Positions 58,640-64,000 of a DNA stretch of 64,000 nt are shown here, in pieces. The notes beneath the pieces were generated by a model. It did not search any database. It saw only the letters and a list, made by a program, of their open reading frames with translations, and was not told the DNA's origin. The stretch lies in NCBI GenBank assembly GCA_964345475.1, contig CAYFQW010000001.1:21043-85042 (forward strand), written 5' to 3'. A program made the translations under genes and the position numbers. The stretch is from an uncultured Raoultibacter sp. (GTDB taxonomy: Bacteria > Actinomycetota > Coriobacteriia > Coriobacteriales > Eggerthellaceae). Numbering within the stretch: the first letter of the stretch is position 1; each line of letters starts with the position of its first letter.

Positions 58640-59425
58640 ATGAAGCTGAGTAAAAAGTTGGTCATAGCCTTCAGCGCTGTGATCTTCGCCTTCTCACTAT
58701 CGTTTGTTACCGCATGCGGAGGCGATGGTAAAAGCGAAGGCACAGGAGCAAATTACATCGTAGCGACTGACACCACATTCGCACCGTTTGAATTCGTCGA
58801 TTCAAGCGGAGACTTTGTAGGCATCGATATGGACATTTTAGCTGCAATTGCAGAGGACCAAGGATTTGAGTACACCATTAACTCCGTTGGTTTCGATGCT
58901 GCTCTGCAGGCCGTTACGTCTGGGCAGGCTGACGCCGTCATTGCCGGTATGAGTATCACCGACGAGCGCAAGGAAGTTTTTGATTTCTCCGAACCCTACT
59001 TCGACTCCGGTGTTGTGATGGGCATCGCAGCCTCTAACAACGATATCAAGAGCTATGAAGATCTCAAGGGCCTTAAAGTTGCTGTAAAGATTGGTACCGA
59101 AGGCGAAGCCTTCGCCAATAGCATCCAAGAGGAGTACGGTTTTGAGACAGTTACCTTTAAAGAGTCGGCCATGATGTATGAGGATGTTGTTGCTGGAAAC
59201 TCCCAGGCTTGCTTTGAAGACTATCCGGTACTGGGATACGCGGTTTCCCAAGATGTTGGTCTTAAGATCGTGACCGAGAAAGAACGTGGCTCGTCTTACG
59301 GCTTTGCCGTTGCAAAGGGCGAAAATGCCGAGCTTCTCGAAATGTTCGATGCTGGCCTCGCAAACATCAAAGCAAGCGGCTTGTATCAGGAGATTCTCGA
59401 CAAGTACATCGTAACTGACGCATAA
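58640..59425 (+). CDS. Polar amino-acid ABC transporter substrate-binding lipoprotein
   Basis: 261 aa, lipobox LSFVTACGG. SBP_bac_3-like VATDTTFAPFEF...GFDAALQAVTSGQADAVIAGMSITDERK. Confidence 0.88.
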   Translation: MKLSKKLVIAFSAVIFAFSLSFVTACGGDGKSEGTGANYIVATDTTFAPFEFVDSSGDFVGIDMDILAAIAEDQGFEYTINSVGFDAALQAVTSGQADAVIAGMSITDERKEVFDFSEPYFDSGVVMGIAASNNDIKSYEDLKGLKVAVKIGTEGEAFANSIQEEYGFETVTFKESAMMYEDVVAGNSQACFEDYPVLGYAVSQDVGLKIVTEKERGSSYGFAVAKGENAELLEMFDAGLANIKASGLYQEILDKYIVTDA

Positions 59426-59464
59426 TTTTCGAGAATCACTATCTGAACCATACATACACCATTA

Positions 59465-59496
59465 AAACAAAGTCTGCCAATCAGCAGACTTTGTTT
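59465..59496 (+). other. Perfect 13-bp intra-operon hairpin between the binding-protein and permease genes
   Basis: AAACAAAGTCTGC-caatca-GCAGACTTTGTTT. Probably a partial terminator or an mRNA 3'-end stabiliser that favours binding-protein expression. Confidence 0.55.
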
Positions 59497-59518
59497 GACA
59501 AAGAACTGAGACCACGCA

Positions 59519-60196
59519 ATGGATTTTATTCAAGTTATATCAGAATCCTTTCCTTTATTTATGAAAGGCATGCTTTTAACAGTCGAGCTTTCCTTTATTT
59601 CCTTAGTCATAGCCATGCTTATAGGACTTGCCTCGGCTATCATGAATATTTCCGGGATCAAGGTCTTGCATTGGATTTCTCAATTTTATATTAACGTCAT
59701 TAGGGGCACACCCCTTCTGGTTCAGGCCTTCTTCATCTACTTTGGCGTAACGAAAGCCTTTGGTTTCACTCTGACTGCATTTTCTGCTGGAGTAGTTGCT
59801 CTCTCTCTGAATGCTGGAGCGTATCTCTCTGAGATATTCCGTGGAGGCATCGAGGCTGTCCACCATGGACAAATGGAAGCGGCAAGAAGTCTCGGCCTTC
59901 CTAAGGGCATTGCTATGGTGAAAGTTATTTTACCTCAGGCCGTGCGGATCGTTATTCCCTCAGTCGTCAACCAATGCATCATCACGATTAAAGACACCTC
60001 TATCATTTCTGTTATAGGCTTAGCCGAGCTTACTATGATTGGCTCGCAGGTTATTGCGCGAACCTATCGTTCTTTTGAGGTCTGGATTTTCGTAGGCTTT
60101 TTATATTTCATCATCATTTACTCTCTCAGCAAGTTATCTAAGTATATTGAAAAGAGGACCTCACGTGTCTCAAGTGAAGATTCGAAACCTGCATAA
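59519..60196 (+). CDS. Polar amino-acid ABC transporter permease (HisM/GlnP type)
   Basis: 225 aa, EAA-loop region [28 protein letters not shown]. Confidence 0.9.
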   Translation: MDFIQVISESFPLFMKGMLLTVELSFISLVIAMLIGLASAIMNISGIKVLHWISQFYINVIRGTPLLVQAFFIYFGVTKAFGFTLTAFSAGVVALSLNAGAYLSEIFRGGIEAVHHGQMEAARSLGLPKGIAMVKVILPQAVRIVIPSVVNQCIITIKDTSIISVIGLAELTMIGSQVIARTYRSFEVWIFVGFLYFIIIYSLSKLSKYIEKRTSRVSSEDSKPA

Positions 60197-60893
60197 AAGC
60201 TTCGGTAAAAATGAGGTATTACGTGGCATGGACCTCGACGTAGGCGACGGCGAGGTCATTTGTCTTATCGGGCCTTCTGGTTCAGGAAAAAGCACCTTCC
60301 TTCGATGCATAAACTCACTAGAGCAGCCAACAGAAGGAAGCGTCGAGGTTGATGGCCATGTAATCACAGACTCTCACGCAGATATCGATAAGCTTCGCGA
60401 AAACATCGGAATGGTGTTTCAGCAGTTTAACCTGTTTCCTCATTTAACTGTCTTAAAAAACATTACGCTCGCTCCTATCAACTGTAAAAAATTATCAAAA
60501 GAAGACGCGGAGGCTAAAGCTCACGAGCTTTTGGCGAGCGTAGGCCTTTCCGAAAAATGGAACGAGTATCCAGAATCTTTATCAGGCGGACAGCAGCAGA
60601 GGGTCGCTATTGCGCGGGCCTTGGCCATGGATCCTGATTTGATGCTCTTCGACGAGCCCACAAGCGCGCTCGATCCGGAAGTGGTGGGAGACGTGTTGGC
60701 TGTCATGAGAAAACTGGCTGACGACGGTATGACCATGATTGTCGTTACCCATGAAATGGGCTTCGCACGCGAAGTTGCCGACAGGGTTGTTTTTATCGAC
60801 GGCGGTCTGATTGTTGAACAAGGTCCTCCTGAGCAGATTTTCGGCAATCCCCAAAACGAACGTACCATCTCCTTTCTCGATAAAGTCCTTTAA
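60165..60893 (+). CDS. Polar amino-acid ABC transporter ATP-binding protein (GlnQ type)
   Basis: [37 protein letters not shown] prefer the GTG at 60165 (AAGAGGA RBS 7 nt upstream) over the TTG at 60147. Confidence 0.93.
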   Translation: MSQVKIRNLHKSFGKNEVLRGMDLDVGDGEVICLIGPSGSGKSTFLRCINSLEQPTEGSVEVDGHVITDSHADIDKLRENIGMVFQQFNLFPHLTVLKNITLAPINCKKLSKEDAEAKAHELLASVGLSEKWNEYPESLSGGQQQRVAIARALAMDPDLMLFDEPTSALDPEVVGDVLAVMRKLADDGMTMIVVTHEMGFAREVADRVVFIDGGLIVEQGPPEQIFGNPQNERTISFLDKVL

Positions 60894-61564
60894 TGTTGAG
60901 TTCTTTCATGCTGGAGCTTGGTATTATCAATTTCGGGGCCTTCTTGGCCGCGTCTGTCATGCTTAACCTTACTCCTGGAATAGATACGCTATACGTGTTA
61001 GGGAGATCGATAACGGGCGGAACTCGCATTGGTGTTGCTTCTGCCCTAGGCATATCAGGTGGGCTCGTAGTGCACACCACCCTCGTCGCTTTCGGGCTCA
61101 GTGTCGTGCTCGTAAATGCGAGCTGGCTTTTTTATCTGATAAAGGCAATGGGGGCCTGTTATCTTATATTTCTTGGCATCCGCAGCTTTATAGGCAAGGA
61201 CTCTTTCAATATAGAAGCAGCAGAAACTGGCGAAGGAGAGGCACTGTCGAAAAAACCCATCCGCTCGTTTTGGCAGGGTGTCCTTACGAATGTGATGAAC
61301 CCTAAGGTCGCACTCTTTTTCCTCGCATTTCTCCCTCAGTTCATTGATGTGTCGCTGACATCAGGCCCGCTGCCCTTCTTTATCCTAGGATTTAGCTTTA
61401 TTGTAACCAGCACAATTTGGTCACTAGCGCTCGCTCTCGGCGCAGGCCAATTTAGACGGATACTTGATAAGCACCCCCGTATAGCCGTCTACGCGAACCG
61501 GGTTACGGGTGTCCTCTACATTGTCTTAGGCATTAGCATTTTCGCAACACCCCTGCCCGAATAA
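60893..61564 (+). CDS. LysE/RhtB family amino-acid exporter
   Basis: 223 aa, 6 TM, LNLTPGIDTLYVLGRSITGG motif. TAATG overlap with the ABC ATPase stop. Confidence 0.8.
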   Translation: MLSSFMLELGIINFGAFLAASVMLNLTPGIDTLYVLGRSITGGTRIGVASALGISGGLVVHTTLVAFGLSVVLVNASWLFYLIKAMGACYLIFLGIRSFIGKDSFNIEAAETGEGEALSKKPIRSFWQGVLTNVMNPKVALFFLAFLPQFIDVSLTSGPLPFFILGFSFIVTSTIWSLALALGAGQFRRILDKHPRIAVYANRVTGVLYIVLGISIFATPLPE

Positions 61565-61675
61565 TAGTCAGGCCTAAGGTCTTCTCAGATGGCAAGACGC
61601 CTGTCTGATGCGCTGCATGAGCTACTACTGTTTTTTCCTCTGACTGCCGGTGCTTCTCTGCATTGCCAATTTGTC

Positions 61676-62293
61676 TCAGGACTGCCTGCACGTCTCAAAG
61701 AATCTAAGGACCTGTTCCCGTGCTGCCTCATTTGGCCCAATGAGGTTCACGTGCCCCCACGCAGACCCAAATCGTTTTTGTGCCTCATCAGCAAGTGCAT
61801 CCCTTACAACCACGATGGCGTGTTTGTATAAGGGGCTGGGGCCCTGTTTAAGAAGATTGAGCGCACTTGTGAGGCCTTGGTTGCAAAGAAGTTCAAGCCT
61901 TCCCATCTCATCAACAATGAGAAGATTATTTTTTTGGTCTGTAGGTGTCTTCGACACTGATTCGGCAATACTATCAAAATGAATGTTGACCTCTTCGATA
62001 GATTCGTCCCGTATTCGCCATTTCATTCCCAAAGAATCGCTTTGCCCAGAAGCCCATTCTGGTTGTTCAAAATCGCAAGATATCGCGAAAGGGATAACTT
62101 TCTTCTCTGGGAGCAAGACATTATCGATCCCCCGCTTCTCGAAGCGCAAGGAATCATTCTCTCTAACTTCGGTCCACAATCCTGGAGCTAGCACCCCCCA
62201 TGAGGTGAAGCCCCTTGCTTCGAGTTCTTCTACAAGAGCCTGAAGCCACCTTGTTTTACCAGTCATAATGTTTCCTGTCAGGATAAATAGCAT
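61676..62293 (-). CDS. P-loop NTPase, THEP1/NTPase_1-like
   Basis: Walker A GNIMTGKT and Walker B plus downstream LLIVDEMGRLEL (compare DEIGKMEL in THEP1-type NTPases). Start at ATG 62291-62293 (AAAGGAG RBS) rather than the TTG at 62311. Confidence 0.6.
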   Translation of the reverse strand: MLFILTGNIMTGKTRWLQALVEELEARGFTSWGVLAPGLWTEVRENDSLRFEKRGIDNVLLPEKKVIPFAISCDFEQPEWASGQSDSLGMKWRIRDESIEEVNIHFDSIAESVSKTPTDQKNNLLIVDEMGRLELLCNQGLTSALNLLKQGPSPLYKHAIVVVRDALADEAQKRFGSAWGHVNLIGPNEAAREQVLRFFETCRQS

Positions 62294-62465
62294 GCTCGCT
62301 CCTTTTGGCAAGATACCGCTGTATATATACTTGATTCAGAATAGTGTATATGAAACGGGAGGCCCGGGCAATCGCCCGCCTTTATTCCTGTAAAACCCTA
62401 CTGACCTAGTGTTGAAATATTTTATTAAGCACATCCACAACCGTTCAGGATAAGCACCAAGGATT

Positions 62466-63167
62466 TTAAGAGCCTTGTCTTGACCTCCAAGCCTGTACCA
62501 AATCACGTGCCGCAGTCTGAGGATTCTCTGCCCCGCATACGGCGGATACAACAAAAAAACCATCCAGGCCTGTTGTTGCAAGATCGGGGATATCAGAAAG
62601 CTTAACTCCTCCTCCAACCACAAGAGGTACAGAGCTCACCTGTGCGAGCTCTGTCAGTTCGGCCAAGGTCTTTGTGATGAGATAACCGTCCTCGTCAAGG
62701 CCGCAGTCTTGCTTTGTTTCAGTTTGGCGCAGAGGACCGATGCCTAGATAGTCAACGGCATCAGAGTCAAAGGCTTGCACGTATTCAAGCATTCCTGTCG
62801 ATGGAGCCGTCAGGCCAATTATTGCTTCTTCACCTAAGTATGTTCGACATAATTCGAAGGGGATATCGGATTGGCCCACATGAATACCGTCAAGTTTAAT
62901 GCCTGCGTCCCGCGCTGCAAGTGCTACATCCAAACGATCGTCCACAAGAAGCTTAACCCGAGATGGATCGCTTACGCGTGCTATAGCATCGGCAGCCTCG
63001 CGACAACACTCTATGAGCTCTCGGGCTGAACAAATTTTGGAGCGAAGTTGAACACAGGTGAAGCCTTCTGCAACGGCTGCTTCTACGATATCGCCCAAAG
63101 GCCTACCCTTGGTATTTTCTGGCCCTATCACTAAATAGGCAGACAGGTCGATCTTCTTTGAGCTCAT
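62466..63167 (-). CDS. thiE: Thiamine-phosphate synthase
   Basis: About 233 aa, LYLVIGPEN..., VQLRSK..., GIGPLRQTETK..., PLVVGGGV. The ATG at 63165-63167 overlaps the upstream stop (TGATG). Confidence 0.9.
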   Translation of the reverse strand: MSSKKIDLSAYLVIGPENTKGRPLGDIVEAAVAEGFTCVQLRSKICSARELIECCREAADAIARVSDPSRVKLLVDDRLDVALAARDAGIKLDGIHVGQSDIPFELCRTYLGEEAIIGLTAPSTGMLEYVQAFDSDAVDYLGIGPLRQTETKQDCGLDEDGYLITKTLAELTELAQVSSVPLVVGGGVKLSDIPDLATTGLDGFFVVSAVCGAENPQTAARDLVQAWRSRQGS

Positions 63168-63472
63168 CAAGCCTCCCCACCCAAGGCAGTCTCAAGGCTT
63201 TCGATTTTTTTATTCATAGTATCCGTATATCCTGGACGAATATCTGCTTTCAAAATAACTTCGGTGCGAAGGCCTTTTTCAGCAAGAACGAAGCTGGCCT
63301 TTTTTACCACCTCCATCACTTCGTCCCACTCCCCTTCTATCTCAGTGAACATAGAAGTTGTTCTGTGGGGCAGGCCGGAATCTCGAATAACCCTCACCAC
63401 TTCTGCCACCTCTTGGGCGAGCTCATCCCCTATACCAAAAGGTGCGATAGCTACAGCAACTAAGGTGTTCAT
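63167..63472 (-). CDS. MTH1187/YkoF (DUF77) family thiamine/HMP-binding protein
   Basis: MNTLVAVAIAPFGIGDELAQEVAEVVRVIRDSGLPHRTTSMFTEIEGEWDEVMEVV. Start at ATG 63470-63472 (AAGGAG RBS). Confidence 0.75.
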   Translation of the reverse strand: MNTLVAVAIAPFGIGDELAQEVAEVVRVIRDSGLPHRTTSMFTEIEGEWDEVMEVVKKASFVLAEKGLRTEVILKADIRPGYTDTMNKKIESLETALGGEA

Positions 63473-63591
63473 CTTAAAATCTCCTTTTCTCACTGTCATG
63501 CCCTCGTTTCAAATATACTCTTATTTGCAACGAGGGTCCTTATATATGAAACTCAGGGATACGCGCCCTGGCATACATCGCTTCAACGTAT

Positions 63592-64000
63592 TTATGGGCA
63601 GTTCGGCAGCAGTATTTCAAGTTCTATCTTGTTGTCTGCAATCTCCATTGCTGTCAGGGTAAATAAGGCATCGATGAATTGGGTTTGAAAACTTGCAGGA
63701 GCAGCCGTTTTTTCTGCAGCAACACGCCCCGCCTCATTATAATGCGCAACAGATGCCAATGCAGCGGTAAAAGGAGAGGCAACAGCTGCATATGCTGCAG
63801 CAACTCCACTTAAAGAACAGCCGGAGCCGGTAATTTTCGGCATCAAATAAGACCCGCCCGATGAAAAAGCAAGTAGGTTTCCGTCAGTCACTAGATCGAC
63901 CTCACCCGATGCGATGACGGCCCCTTGTGTACATTGGGCGAGCGATATTGCAGCTTGACGTGCTGCTGAGACTTGGTCAGTGGAGTCAACCCCTCTTACG
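63592..64000 (-). CDS. thiM: Hydroxyethylthiazole kinase, C-terminal part; the gene continues beyond the window
   Basis: ...AQCTQGAVIASGEVDLVTDGNLLAFSSGGSYLMPKITGSGCSLSGVAAAYAAV... (ThiM ITGSGC motif). The frame stays open to the window edge. Confidence 0.85.
   Translation of the reverse strand, partial: VRGVDSTDQVSAARQAAISLAQCTQGAVIASGEVDLVTDGNLLAFSSGGSYLMPKITGSGCSLSGVAAAYAAVASPFTAALASVAHYNEAGRVAAEKTAAPASFQTQFIDALFTLTAMEIADNKIELEILLPNCP

Noticed and set aside
58838-59455. 205-aa minus-strand ORF overlapping the ABC substrate-binding protein gene
   Set aside because: The plus-strand frame has a lipobox and SBP motifs. The minus-strand translation has no recognisable features, so this is a shadow ORF.
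1-64000. Scan for CRISPR arrays, IS elements or transposases, phage integrases with att sites, toxin-antitoxin pairs and known defence-system genes
   Set aside because: None was seen. The only recombinase is a chromosomal XerD-type protein in a housekeeping context. There are no repeat-spacer periodicity, no terminal inverted repeats and no obvious compositional island.

Overview
This 64 kb window is almost entirely core chromosome from what looks like a moderate-GC Gram-positive actinobacterium. A Coriobacteriia-like origin is my inference from the EF-Tu and SecE sequences and from gene order. About 90% of the genes lie on the minus strand.

Gene content, left to right:
- The start of the dcw cluster, read on the minus strand as mraZ-rsmH-ftsL-like-ftsI (ftsI truncated by the window edge).
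- A UPF0104-type membrane protein, xerD, a DUF1846 protein, a coiled-coil M23 peptidase, nadK and murJ.
- A five-gene putative peptidoglycan side-chain operon: ATP-grasp D-Asp-ligase-like gene, murE, asnB-like gene, map and an aspartate racemase.
- rplA-rplK-nusG-secE-tRNA(Trp)-rpmG-tuf-tRNA(Met)-tRNA(Thr)-tRNA(Tyr).
- putP, an aminotransferase, a K+-independent-type membrane pyrophosphatase and pyruvate:ferredoxin oxidoreductase.
- A 725-aa polytopic membrane protein, then a Tat-signal 4Fe-4S protein plus a DmsC-type anchor with no catalytic subunit.
- adk-secY plus the full spc operon and the 3' half of the S10 operon (rplB through rpsQ). rpsJ, rplC, rplD and rplW are not in the window.
- A U32 peptidase, cysS, cysE, ispF, ispD, clpC, lysS, greA and tatA.
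- A Crp/Fnr regulator, a homocysteine S-methyltransferase, a polar amino-acid ABC importer, a LysE exporter and a THEP1-like NTPase.
- The 3' part of a thiamine salvage operon (thiM-DUF77-thiE).

I found no CRISPR array, IS element, integrase cassette, prophage or recognisable defence system.

The observations most worth follow-up:
1. The clustered peptidoglycan cross-bridge operon. Its AsnB homologue has lost the Cys1 nucleophile and the Asn-Gly-Glu glutaminase residues.
2. The orphan Tat-exported FeS protein plus DmsC quinol module.
3. Phased MraZ-type boxes that overlap a good sigma-70-type promoter.
4. Several breakpoints and long structured spacers in the ribosomal-protein operons.

All functional calls come from reading the translations. 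No database search was run.
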